Below are positions 27,437 through 36,475 of a stretch of 38,482 nt of DNA, one piece after another. The translations under genes and the position numbers were made by a program. The stretch comes from Oscillospiraceae bacterium (GTDB lineage Bacteria; Bacillota; Clostridia; Oscillospirales; CAG-272), in contig SVRO01000003.1 in NCBI GenBank assembly GCA_015064795.1, forward strand, positions 1 through 38,482. The letters are read 5' to 3'. The first letter of the stretch is position 1. Every line of letters starts with the position of its first letter. The notes beneath the pieces were generated by a model. That model did not search any database. It saw only the letters and a list, made by a program, of their open reading frames with translations, and was not told where the DNA came from.

Positions 27437-28282
27437 TTAGGCTTTCTTGTGATGCTGCTTGGACGCCTCCGCCAAAATGACCGACGCCGCGGTCGACACG
27501 TTAAAAGAGTTCACCTTTCCATACATGGGAATGGAAACCACAAAATCACTTCTCTCAAGAACCAGCTTGGAAACACCGTCGCCTTCGCTTCCAAACACGA
27601 TAACGGCACCACCCGAAAAGTCGGTATCGTAATAGTTTTGACCTCCCGCCTCAGCGGCGTATACCCAAAGTCCCTGCTTTTTCAAGGACTCCAGCGTAGA
27701 AACGATATTGGATACCTTGGCGATGGCCAAATGCTCGATCGCACCGGCAGACGCCTTGCTAACGAGTGGCGTAAGACCGCTTGCACGTCTCTTGGGAAGA
27801 ATGAGCCCGTGCGCCCCCACGCCCTCGGCACAACGGATCAACGCCCCGAGGTTATAAGGGTCCGTAATGCCGTCCGAAACGACGATCAACGGCTTTTCCC
27901 CACGTTCCTCGGCAATTTTCAAAATATCCTCAACCGACGAATATTCCTTTTCGGCCGCCATAGCAACGATGCCCTGATGTGGCGCAAAACCCGAAACCGA
28001 ATCCAATTTCGCCTTTTCTACCTCAAGGATCGGAATTCCCATCCTGCGAGCCTCAGCCACAAGGACGATGATCGAGCCCTCAAGCTCTCCCTTGCGAATC
28101 CAGATTTTATCAATCGAGCGTCCCGAACGCAACAGCTCACGAACGGCATTGCGGCCAATTACAAGCCCCGAGCTTTCTTCTTCCTCGCGCGGTTCACGGG
28201 AAACCGTTTTCTCGTCTCCGTTTCGCCAATCGCTCTTTCCTCGATACGATTTTTGATGACGTTCCGTTTTGTTATATGCCAT
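27437..28282 (-). CDS. rlmB: 23S rRNA (Gm2251) 2'-O-methyltransferase, SPOUT family
   Basis: GRNAVRE, HQGIVA, DPYNLGALIR, KASAGA, GSEGDG, IPMYGKVNSFNVS. Confidence 0.94.
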   Translation of the reverse strand: MAYNKTERHQKSYRGKSDWRNGDEKTVSREPREEEESSGLVIGRNAVRELLRSGRSIDKIWIRKGELEGSIIVLVAEARRMGIPILEVEKAKLDSVSGFAPHQGIVAMAAEKEYSSVEDILKIAEERGEKPLIVVSDGITDPYNLGALIRCAEGVGAHGLILPKRRASGLTPLVSKASAGAIEHLAIAKVSNIVSTLESLKKQGLWVYAAEAGGQNYYDTDFSGGAVIVFGSEGDGVSKLVLERSDFVVSIPMYGKVNSFNVSTAASVILAEASKQHHKKA

Positions 28283-28414
28283 AAGTTTATCCTTCCCAAC
28301 AATGTCTATATTATATTAGTTCTTTATATTATAGCATCTTTTTTCACTTTTGTATATACCTTTTTCAAATTTTTGATTTTTTCTTCCTTTTGAACAGAAA
28401 AACAGAAAAAGTCC

Positions 28415-28443
28415 TTGAAAAAAATGCGCAAATGTAGTATAAT
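28415..28443 (+). promoter_or_regulatory. sigmaA promoter for the oxidoreductase-coaE-apeA-prfA run
   Basis: TTGAAA-N17-TATAAT; a divergent TGCTATAAT extended -10 for rlmB lies on the minus strand at 28328-28336. Confidence 0.7.
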
Positions 28444-28477
28444 AACTGTATATATAGTTTCAAAGGGAGGAGCGGGT

Positions 28478-29614
28478 ATGGATTTCAAACATTTGAAGAT
28501 CGGTCTGCTTGGCTTCGGCAGTATGGGACGTGCGCATTCCTATGCCATAAAAAATCTGCCATTCTTCTATACAGAGCTCCCCTTTTCCGCGGAAATCGTT
28601 GGCGTATGCACCACAAGTATGGAAAAAGCCGAGAAAGTCTGCCGTGAATTTGGCTTTTCCGTTCCCACGGTAAGCGAGGATGATCTGCTCCTGAGCCCTG
28701 ACGTTGATATCATTGATATCTGTACGCCCAATATTTATCATTACGACACCTTAAAGAAGGCGTTACTCGCAGGCAAGCATATCTATTGTGAAAAGCCTCT
28801 CTGTGTTTCCGCCGCGCAGGCCCACGAGATTGCCCTTCTTGCAGAAAAAAGTGGGAAAATACACAAGATCGTTTTCAACAACCGCTATATTCCCGCCGTT
28901 ATGCGTGCCAAGGAGCTGATCGAGGAGGGGCGCTTAGGAAGGCTTCTTTCTTTTGATGCCGCCTATCTGCACAGTAGCTCGGTTTTCACGGAACGAAACG
29001 CAGGATGGAAACAAAACAAAGACATCTGTGGCGGCGGCGTTCTTTTTGATCTTGGATCGCACGTTATTGACATGATATACCATCTTTGCGGTAACTTTCA
29101 CTCGGTTTGCGCCACCACGCAGATCGCCTTCCCAACTCGCACGGGAATGGACGGCAAGCCTTGGCAAACCAATGCCGATGAGGCCTTCTATATGCTGGCA
29201 AAGCTTTCGTGCGGTGCTATGGGAACCCTTCGCGCCTCCAAAATTTCCTGCGGTGCAAACGACGATCTTTTCTTTGAGATCTACGGTGAAAAGGGTGCGC
29301 TCAAATACTCGTTGATGGAGCCGAATTGGCTTTGGTTTTACGATAACACAAAAGAAGAAAAGGCACTCGGCGGAGAACGCGGCTTTACCAAAATAGAGGC
29401 CGCGGGCCGTTATGCGTTGCCCGGTGGCATTTTCCCCTCGCCGAAGGCACCGATCGGATGGCTTTCGGGACATGTAGAAAGCTATCGCGATTTTTTGAAT
29501 TCTGTCTCAAAAGAAACACAATCAAACCCAAATTTCTTCGATGCAGCTTACGTGCAAAAAATTATGGAAGCGGCATACCTCTCGGCTGAGCAAGGCGTAT
29601 GGATGGAGATTTGA
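28478..29614 (+). CDS. Gfo/Idh/MocA-family NAD(P)-dependent oxidoreductase
   Basis: IGLLGFGSMG Rossmann motif, ICTPN..H, GKHIYCEKP, GGGVLFDLGSH; ATG after GGGAGGAG. Confidence 0.93.
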   Translation: MDFKHLKIGLLGFGSMGRAHSYAIKNLPFFYTELPFSAEIVGVCTTSMEKAEKVCREFGFSVPTVSEDDLLLSPDVDIIDICTPNIYHYDTLKKALLAGKHIYCEKPLCVSAAQAHEIALLAEKSGKIHKIVFNNRYIPAVMRAKELIEEGRLGRLLSFDAAYLHSSSVFTERNAGWKQNKDICGGGVLFDLGSHVIDMIYHLCGNFHSVCATTQIAFPTRTGMDGKPWQTNADEAFYMLAKLSCGAMGTLRASKISCGANDDLFFEIYGEKGALKYSLMEPNWLWFYDNTKEEKALGGERGFTKIEAAGRYALPGGIFPSPKAPIGWLSGHVESYRDFLNSVSKETQSNPNFFDAAYVQKIMEAAYLSAEQGVWMEI

Positions 29615-29627
29615 CAAGGAGAATACC

Positions 29628-30242
29628 ATGAAAATTATTGGTCTGACGGGCCCAAGCGGCGCCGGCAAAGGACTTTGCGACGAATATTTTCGCGCGGTGG
29701 GAATTCCGTGCATCGATACGGACAAGGTTTACCACGATCTGCTGATTCCCCCGTCTCAATGCGCCGACGAGCTTGCAAATCGCTTTGGCCAAGAAATACG
29801 AAACCCCGATCAAACGATCAACCGCCAAAAGCTTGCAAGTATCGTTTTTTCGGACAAAAGCGGCAAGGCCGCAAAGGATCTGAACGCGATTTCCCACAAA
29901 TACGTCCGCAAAAAAACGCTTGCCTTACTTGAGGAATTTCGGGTGGAGGCAAAAAGCGCGGCAGTAGTCGACGCACCGCTTCTCTTTGAAGCGTTGTTTG
30001 ACCGTTTTTGCGATTTTACCATAGCCGTTCTTGCCGAGCGTGAGATTCGTGCAGCCCGTATTATGAAGCGAGATACGCTTTCACGTGAAAAAGCCGACGA
30101 ACGGATCGCGGCACAACAAAAGGACGAATTTTACCGTTCGAAAGCCAAATATACCCTATACAACGACGGAGAAAAAAACGAATTATTTTTGTCACTGGCC
30201 GACATTTTAACAAAAGAAAGTGTCTCGTTAGAAACAAAATGA
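29628..30242 (+). CDS. coaE: Dephospho-CoA kinase
   Basis: IIGLTGPSGAGKG P-loop, IDTD, NRQKLASIVF, DAPLLFE, RIMKRD. Confidence 0.94.
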   Translation: MKIIGLTGPSGAGKGLCDEYFRAVGIPCIDTDKVYHDLLIPPSQCADELANRFGQEIRNPDQTINRQKLASIVFSDKSGKAAKDLNAISHKYVRKKTLALLEEFRVEAKSAAVVDAPLLFEALFDRFCDFTIAVLAEREIRAARIMKRDTLSREKADERIAAQQKDEFYRSKAKYTLYNDGEKNELFLSLADILTKESVSLETK

Positions 30243-30255
30243 AAAGGAGAATCGT

Positions 30256-31623
30256 ATGAAGAACGAACTCATCTACCAAAAGAAAAACTTTTACGAGCTT
30301 TTCGGCACAGCCGAAAAAAAGGCGGCACACGATTACGCCGTTGGATATACGAATTTTTTGGATAAAGCAAAAACTGAGCGTGAGGCGGTAAGCTATGCCG
30401 TAGCCAAAGCCGAGGCCAACGGCTTTCTTCCCTATTCCTTCGGCATGAAGCTGAATGTCGGTGGAAAGTATTATTTCAATAATCGTGAAAAAAATCTATT
30501 TCTTTTTACGATTGGAAAAGAGCCGCTGGAAAACGGATTCCGAATTTCCGCCGCGCACGTGGATTCGCCTCGTCTTGACCTCAAGCCTTGCCCGCTTTAC
30601 GAGGAAGGCGGTATGAGCTTTTTGAAGACGCACTACTATGGCGGCATTCGTAAATATCAGTGGGTCACGGTACCGCTTGCCCTTCACGGCGTAGTGATCA
30701 AGGCGGACGGAACGTCGGTAAATGTTACCGTAGGCGAGGACGCGGGTGATCCTATCTTTTATGTAAACGATCTGCTCCCGCATCTTGGCCACGACGACGA
30801 TAAAAAGCCGCTCGGTGACGCCATCCCTGCCGAGAAATTGAACATTCTCGTCGGAAGCGAACCGCTCGGTGACACCGATGCGCCTATCAAAGCGAATATT
30901 CTCGCTATTCTTCATGAAAAATACGGCATCACCGAGGAGGACTTTTTGTCCGCCGAGCTTTCTGCCGTTCCTGCCGATAAGGCGCGCGATATCGGCTTTG
31001 ACCGCTCTCTCATCGGTGCATACGGCCACGACGACCGCGTGTGCGCTTACCCCGCACTCACCGCGCTCTTTGATTGCGCGGATAGCGAACACTCCCTTAT
31101 GTGCATTCTTGCTGACAAGGAGGAAACGGGAAGCGATGGAAACACGGGTATGCAGGCCGATCTCATCTGCGACCTCATTCACGAGATCTCACTCGCCATG
31201 GGCGTTAATCCCACCGTCGTAAGATACAACTCTAAATGTCTGTCCGCCGATGTTTCGGCTTGCTTCGACCCCAACTTTCCCGAAGTCTTTGAAAAGAGAA
31301 ATTCTCCCCTGCTTTCTTGCGGTGTCGTTTTGACCAAATATACGGGCGCACGCGGTAAGAGCAGCACCAACGACGCCAGCGCCGAATATATCGGCTGGCT
31401 CCGCGGCGTGATGGCCAAGGACAACGTTCTCTGGCAGGCGGGAGAGCTTGGAAAGGCCGATTGCGGAGGAGGCGGCACGGTGGCCAAGTATATCGCAAAG
31501 CATAATATCGAAACCGTCGATCTCGGCGTCCCCGTTCTTTCCATGCACGCGCCTTACGAGGCAGTGGCCAAGGTGGATGTCTACGAGACCTATCGCGCCT
31601 TCTGTGCCTTTTGCAAAAACTAA
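30256..31623 (+). CDS. M18-family aminopeptidase (ApeA-like)
   Basis: KAKTERE, AHVDSPRLDLK, HYYGGIRKYQW, GHDDRVC, DKEETGS, SADV, LSMHAP. Confidence 0.93.
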   Translation: MKNELIYQKKNFYELFGTAEKKAAHDYAVGYTNFLDKAKTEREAVSYAVAKAEANGFLPYSFGMKLNVGGKYYFNNREKNLFLFTIGKEPLENGFRISAAHVDSPRLDLKPCPLYEEGGMSFLKTHYYGGIRKYQWVTVPLALHGVVIKADGTSVNVTVGEDAGDPIFYVNDLLPHLGHDDDKKPLGDAIPAEKLNILVGSEPLGDTDAPIKANILAILHEKYGITEEDFLSAELSAVPADKARDIGFDRSLIGAYGHDDRVCAYPALTALFDCADSEHSLMCILADKEETGSDGNTGMQADLICDLIHEISLAMGVNPTVVRYNSKCLSADVSACFDPNFPEVFEKRNSPLLSCGVVLTKYTGARGKSSTNDASAEYIGWLRGVMAKDNVLWQAGELGKADCGGGGTVAKYIAKHNIETVDLGVPVLSMHAPYEAVAKVDVYETYRAFCAFCKN

Positions 31624-31647
31624 TTTCCGAGAAAGGTTCTCTCACGT

Positions 31648-32712
31648 ATGCTTGAAAAATTAAAGGCCGCCGAAGGAAAATACATCGGCATGGAGGCAGA
31701 GCTTGCAGATCCCGCTATCTTTTCGGATAACGAAAAATATGCGACACTTATGAAGGAATACAAGACTCTGACTCCGATTATTGAAAAATATCGCGAATAT
31801 AAAAAGGCGGATGCCGAGCTTTCGGATCTCAAAGAAATGCTGGATGGTAGCCTGGATGCCGAGATGCGTGAAATGGCTTCGGAGGAATATAAGCAGACGC
31901 AAAAAACGCTCACAGAGCTTTTGGATGAACTAAAGATCCTTCTACTCCCCCGTGACCCCAACGACGACAAAAATGTAATCGTCGAGATCCGTGCAGGTGC
32001 GGGCGGCGAGGAGGCGGCACTTTTTGCGGCCGTGCTTTACCGTATGTATAGTATGTACGCCGAAACGGCAGGCTTTCGCACCTCGCTTATGAATGCCAAC
32101 GAAACCGAGCTTGGCGGATTTCGCGAGATCTCTTTTATGATTGAAGGAGACGGCGCGTACTCTCGCTTTAAATTTGAGAGCGGTGTTCACCGCGTACAAC
32201 GCGTTCCCGAAACCGAATCGCAAGGAAGAATACAGACCTCAACGGCAACGGTTGCCGTTCTTCCCGAGGTTGAGGAGGTTGAAGTTGAGATCAATCCGCA
32301 GGATCTCGTTTTTGAATCCTGTAAGTCCAGCGGTAGCGGCGGTCAGCATATTAACAAGACCGAGTCTGCCGTGCGCTTAACGCACAAACCCTCGGGCATC
32401 GTCGTAGAGTGTCAGGAGGAGCGGAGCCAATTCAAAAACAAGGACAAGGCTCTCAAAATGCTTCGCGCCAAACTCTACGAGATCAAGCAAACCGAGCAAT
32501 CGCAAAAGATCGCCTCAGAGCGTCGAAGCCAAGTCGGCACGGGCGACCGAAGCGAGCGCATCCGTACCTACAACTATCCGCAAGGTCGCGTGACCGATCA
32601 TCGCATCTCGCTTACGCTTTATTCGCTGGAGGCCTTTCTCAACGGCGACATTGGAGACATGATCGACGCACTGATCACGGCGGATACCGCAGAAAAATTA
32701 AAAAACAACTAA
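31648..32712 (+). CDS. prfA: Peptide chain release factor 1
   Basis: EIRAGAGGEEA, GVHRVQRVPET (PxT), SGGQH, RSERIRTYNYPQGRVTDHR. Confidence 0.98.
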   Translation: MLEKLKAAEGKYIGMEAELADPAIFSDNEKYATLMKEYKTLTPIIEKYREYKKADAELSDLKEMLDGSLDAEMREMASEEYKQTQKTLTELLDELKILLLPRDPNDDKNVIVEIRAGAGGEEAALFAAVLYRMYSMYAETAGFRTSLMNANETELGGFREISFMIEGDGAYSRFKFESGVHRVQRVPETESQGRIQTSTATVAVLPEVEEVEVEINPQDLVFESCKSSGSGGQHINKTESAVRLTHKPSGIVVECQEERSQFKNKDKALKMLRAKLYEIKQTEQSQKIASERRSQVGTGDRSERIRTYNYPQGRVTDHRISLTLYSLEAFLNGDIGDMIDALITADTAEKLKNN

Positions 32713-32725
32713 AGCAGGTGTTATT

Positions 32726-33760
32726 TTGACCACAAAAGTAATTGACGTTAAGAACGGGTTTCAAAGCCAAGACGACATAAAGGAAGCCGCAAGCATCCTT
32801 TTGGCAGGAGGCCTCGTCGTGTTCCCTACCGAGACGGTCTACGGCCTCGGCGGTGACGCTACAAATGAAAGCTCTGCCCAAAAGATTTATGCCGCCAAGG
32901 GCAGACCCTCGGACAACCCTCTAATTATTCATATTGCATCCCCCGAGGAGGCCGAGCCGTACGCCGTGACGAGTGAGACTTATTACCGACTCGCTAAGGC
33001 ATTTATGCCGGGGCCGCTCACCGTGGTCCTGCCGCGCAAGGAAAGCATTCCGCTTCGCACAACCGGAGGACTCCAAACGGTTGCCGTTCGCTGTCCATCT
33101 CACCCCATAGCAAGAGCGTTGATACGCGAGGCGGGAATTCCCATTGCCGCGCCCTCGGCCAATCTGTCGGGCAAGCCGTCTCCCACCTGCGCGCGCCACG
33201 TAATCGAGGATCTTTCGGGACGCGTCGATATGATTCTTGACGGCGGCAACTCGGAGATCGGTTTGGAATCCACCATCGTCGCACTCGACGGAAACCGGGC
33301 AACGCTTTTGCGTCCCGGTGCCATTACCGCCGACGCCCTTCGGTGCGTTTGCGAAAGCGTGACAGTAGCTCCGTCCGTTGTCGCGCAGCTTGCCGAAAAC
33401 GAGCGCCCACTCTCTCCCGGCATGAAATACAAGCATTATGCGCCAAGCGTTCCTTTTGTCCTGTTAAAAGGAAGTAAAAATAACATTCTTGATTTCTTAA
33501 AAAAAGAGCAAAAGGAAAAAAAATGTGCAATCCTTTGCTACAGCGAAGAGACCGCAGAGCTTGAAAACAAAAACCTCGTCGACATTGGAAAATCGGAAAA
33601 TCTCGATGAACAGGCCAAGCGGCTTTTCACCGCGCTTCGCGACGCCGACAAGCTAGGAGTAGACATCATATACGGTCATCTGCCAACCACCGACGGCATT
33701 GGCCTTGCCCTTTATAACCGTATGCTTCGCGCCGCGGCGCATACCATCCTTGAAGTTTAA
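32726..33760 (+). CDS. sua5: L-threonylcarbamoyladenylate synthase, Sua5 type (TsaC2)
   Basis: FPTETVYGLG, AKGRPSDNPLIIH, APSANLSG.PSPT, SPGMKYKHYAP, C-terminal SUA5 domain; TTG start. Confidence 0.95.
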   Translation: MTTKVIDVKNGFQSQDDIKEAASILLAGGLVVFPTETVYGLGGDATNESSAQKIYAAKGRPSDNPLIIHIASPEEAEPYAVTSETYYRLAKAFMPGPLTVVLPRKESIPLRTTGGLQTVAVRCPSHPIARALIREAGIPIAAPSANLSGKPSPTCARHVIEDLSGRVDMILDGGNSEIGLESTIVALDGNRATLLRPGAITADALRCVCESVTVAPSVVAQLAENERPLSPGMKYKHYAPSVPFVLLKGSKNNILDFLKKEQKEKKCAILCYSEETAELENKNLVDIGKSENLDEQAKRLFTALRDADKLGVDIIYGHLPTTDGIGLALYNRMLRAAAHTILEV

Positions 33761-33776
33761 CACACGGAGGTAGCTC

Positions 33777-36002
33777 ATGGCAAAGAAAAGCAAATACAAC
33801 GAGCCAAAGGAAATCGTTTACGCGCCCGCGCGCGAGCAGCTCATAACCGAAACCATTGAAAAAAACTATATGCCCTACGTTATGAGCGTCATCATTTCCC
33901 GTGCCATTCCCGAGATCGACGGCCTTAAGCCCTCGCACCGAAAGCTTCTGTATACCATGTATAAAATGGGGCTTCTGAAAGGCCCAAAGACCAAGAGCGC
34001 AAACGTCGTCGGACAAACAATGAAGCTGAATCCGCATGGTGATATGGCGATCTATGAAACGCTCGTCCGTCTCACGCGCGGCAACGAAGCATTGCTCCAC
34101 CCGCTGATCGACTCCAAGGGAAGCTTTGGTAAGCAATATTCCTCCGATATGCGCTTTGCTGCCTCGCGTTACACAGAGGTCAAGCTGGATCCGATCTGCG
34201 AGGAGCTTTTTAAGGGCATTGACAAAAACGCCGTAGAATTCGTTCCCAACTACGATAACACCATGGAAGAACCGCTACTTCTTCCCTCCACTTTTCCTAA
34301 TATTCTCGTCATGCCAAACTCGGGCATTGCCGTGGGTATGGCCTCGTCAATCTGCTCCTTTAACTTGGAGGAGATCTGCGACGGAACGATCGCTCTGCTT
34401 CGTAATCCGAAAACAAGCATCGAAAAGCTGCTTGACATCATCAAGGCACCCGACTTCCCGGGTGGCGGTACCATCATCTACAACCGCGATCAGATGCGCG
34501 AGATCTACGAGACCGGTCAGGGCTCAATTAAGGTGCGCGCGCGATACAATTACGATAAAGCCGCCAACTGCATCGACATTATTCAGATCCCCTACTCCAC
34601 TTCCATTGAGCTCATCATCAAGCGCATCACCGAGCTTGTGAAGGAAGGTAAGCTCAAGGAGATCACCGATTTCCGCGACGAGATCGACCTTTCGGGCTTC
34701 AAGCTGACCATCGACATCCGCAAGGGTACCGACCCCGACAAGCTGATGGCCAAGCTTTATAAGCTGACACCGCTCGAGGATAGCTTCAAATGCAACTTTA
34801 ATATTCTAATTGATTCTACACCGCGACAGATGGGCGTTGCCGAGGTTCTTACCGAATGGATCAAATTCCGCATGGGATGCCTCCGCCGTGAATTGCAGTA
34901 TGACCTGGACAAGAAAAACGAAAAGCTTCATCTGCTTCTCGGCCTTGCCAAGATTCTACTTGACATTGACAAGGCAATCAAGATCATTCGAAACACCGAG
35001 CATGACGCCGATGTAATCAAAAATCTTATGGAGGGCTTCGGCATCGATGAGATACAGGCCGACTTCATTGCCGACATCAAGCTTCGTCATCTCAACAAGG
35101 AATATATTTTGAGCCGCATCGACGAGATCAAGGGACTTCAAGAGGAGATCGCACAAATCGAGGATATCCTCGGTGACGACCTGAAGCTGAAGGCACTCAT
35201 CTCCAAGCAGCTCACCGAGGTCAAGAAAAAGTACGGCAAGCCGAGAAAGACCTATTTGATATACGACGGTGACGTTGAGGAATACGTGGAGGATGAAAAC
35301 GAGGACAACTACAACGTCAAGGTCTACCTCAGCCGCGAGGGATATTTCAAAAAGATCACCGCACTCTCACTCCGCGGAAATGACGAGCACAAGCTCAAGG
35401 AAGGCGACGAGATCGCGTATTCGTATGACGCCACGAACAACTCCGAGCTTATCTTCTTCTCAGATAAGTGCAAGGTCTACCGCGCAAAATGCTCGGATTT
35501 TGAAAACACCAAGGCCTCAGCCATGGGTGACTTTATCCCCGCCAAGCTCGGCATGGATAGCGGCGAAAAACCCATCTTCATGCGTCTGTACACAACGCCG
35601 ACCGCCGACGAAAACATGGTCTTTATCTTCGAGAACGGCAAGGGTGTTCGCGTACCCCTTTCCTCTTACGAGACCAAGGCGACGCGCAAAAAGCTCGTAG
35701 GTGCCTACTCGGACGCTTCGCCCATTGTGGCCGCGCTCTACGAGAAGGAAAAGGATCCGTATGACATTATGATGGTCAGCTCCGACGATCGCGCCATCGT
35801 CTTTAAGACCTCACTCATTCCACTTAAGACCACCCGTTCGTCGTCGGGCGTGACACTGATGAGCCTGAAAAAAGGCAGCAAGGTGGTAAGCGTTCGCACC
35901 GACGTACCCGAGGACACCAAGGGCTATAAGAAAACCAAGCTTCCCGCGACAGGCACTCTGCTTGCCGAAAAGGATATTAAAAAACAACAGCTTACATTTT
36001 GA
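33777..36002 (+). CDS. parC: Type IIA topoisomerase subunit A, probably topoisomerase IV ParC
   Basis: RAIPEIDGLKP.HR, KSANVVG, PHGD, AASRYTE (catalytic Tyr), GIAVGMA, PDFPGG; no GyrA-box (QxRGGKG) in a short C-terminal domain. Confidence 0.8.
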   Translation: MAKKSKYNEPKEIVYAPAREQLITETIEKNYMPYVMSVIISRAIPEIDGLKPSHRKLLYTMYKMGLLKGPKTKSANVVGQTMKLNPHGDMAIYETLVRLTRGNEALLHPLIDSKGSFGKQYSSDMRFAASRYTEVKLDPICEELFKGIDKNAVEFVPNYDNTMEEPLLLPSTFPNILVMPNSGIAVGMASSICSFNLEEICDGTIALLRNPKTSIEKLLDIIKAPDFPGGGTIIYNRDQMREIYETGQGSIKVRARYNYDKAANCIDIIQIPYSTSIELIIKRITELVKEGKLKEITDFRDEIDLSGFKLTIDIRKGTDPDKLMAKLYKLTPLEDSFKCNFNILIDSTPRQMGVAEVLTEWIKFRMGCLRRELQYDLDKKNEKLHLLLGLAKILLDIDKAIKIIRNTEHDADVIKNLMEGFGIDEIQADFIADIKLRHLNKEYILSRIDEIKGLQEEIAQIEDILGDDLKLKALISKQLTEVKKKYGKPRKTYLIYDGDVEEYVEDENEDNYNVKVYLSREGYFKKITALSLRGNDEHKLKEGDEIAYSYDATNNSELIFFSDKCKVYRAKCSDFENTKASAMGDFIPAKLGMDSGEKPIFMRLYTTPTADENMVFIFENGKGVRVPLSSYETKATRKKLVGAYSDASPIVAALYEKEKDPYDIMMVSSDDRAIVFKTSLIPLKTTRSSSGVTLMSLKKGSKVVSVRTDVPEDTKGYKKTKLPATGTLLAEKDIKKQQLTF

Positions 36003-36016
36003 AAGGAAATAAAACC

Positions 36017-36154
36017 ATGGCAAAAGATCAAGCAAAGAAACTGAGCAAAAGAGAGAGACGCAAGGTACTTATCGTAAGACTTATGTGCCTGTTTCTCACG
36101 CTTCTTATGGTGGCCGGCGTGGCATATTATGCCCTTGTCTTCCTTTTGCAGTAA
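36017..36154 (+). CDS. 45-aa single-pass membrane protein (DUF4044/Prli42-like layout)
   Basis: Below the ORF-track cutoff; MAKDQAKKLSKRERRKVLIVRLMCLFLTLLMVAGVAYYALVFLLQ; GAAAGGA RBS; sits between the parC-like gene and a terminator. Confidence 0.75.
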   Translation: MAKDQAKKLSKRERRKVLIVRLMCLFLTLLMVAGVAYYALVFLLQ

Positions 36155-36163
36155 TCGAAAAAC

Positions 36164-36213
36164 GGCAACAAAGCACGGCGATGCAACGCATTGCCGTGCT
36201 TTGTTGTTATTTA
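36164..36213 (+). terminator. Intrinsic terminator ending the coaE-prfA-parC run
   Basis: GGCAACAAAGCACGGCGATGC-AAC-GCATTGCCGTGCTTTGTTGTT followed by ATTTATT. Confidence 0.85.
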
Positions 36214-36357
36214 TTCACTTACGAATGAGAGCGTAGGATAGCCGTTGGCATCCGGACTCGCTTTGTAGAGATCACCATCTCCGTTAAGACAAGTTTCCCA
36301 ATCCGCATAGCCACCGATAGCAATGCGAATAACACAGATAAAATTCTTGTTTCTCAT
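36211..36357 (-). pseudogene. Probable collapsed remnant of a secreted-protein gene
   Basis: One base out of frame after the ATG reads TRILSVLFALLSVAM (signal-peptide-like); the 3' end reads LYKASPDANGYPTLSFVSE*, resembling the C-terminus of the 37508-38482 protein. Confidence 0.4.
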
Positions 36358-36386
36358 ACACATTTCTATTTTTTTTCCTTTTTCTC

Positions 36387-36415
36387 TTGATTTTGGTGAA
36401 TAAATGTGGTAGAAT
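36387..36415 (+). promoter_or_regulatory. sigmaA promoter for fba
   Basis: TTGATT-N17-TAGAAT with extended -10 TG. Confidence 0.65.
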
Positions 36416-36475
36416 AATAATGTATGAATTAAATTCAGGAAACTCCGCCCTGTGCGGAGAGAAAGGGTAAAAAAT

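Noticed and set aside
27449-28393. 314-aa ORF antisense to rlmB, and similar ones at 19892-20791, 22789-23802 and 24876-25781
   Set aside because: They overlap well-supported genes on the opposite strand and lack motifs or translation signals.
33777-36002. Annotation as gyrA
   Set aside because: No GyrA-box, short C-terminal domain and no gyrB/recF/dnaA context.
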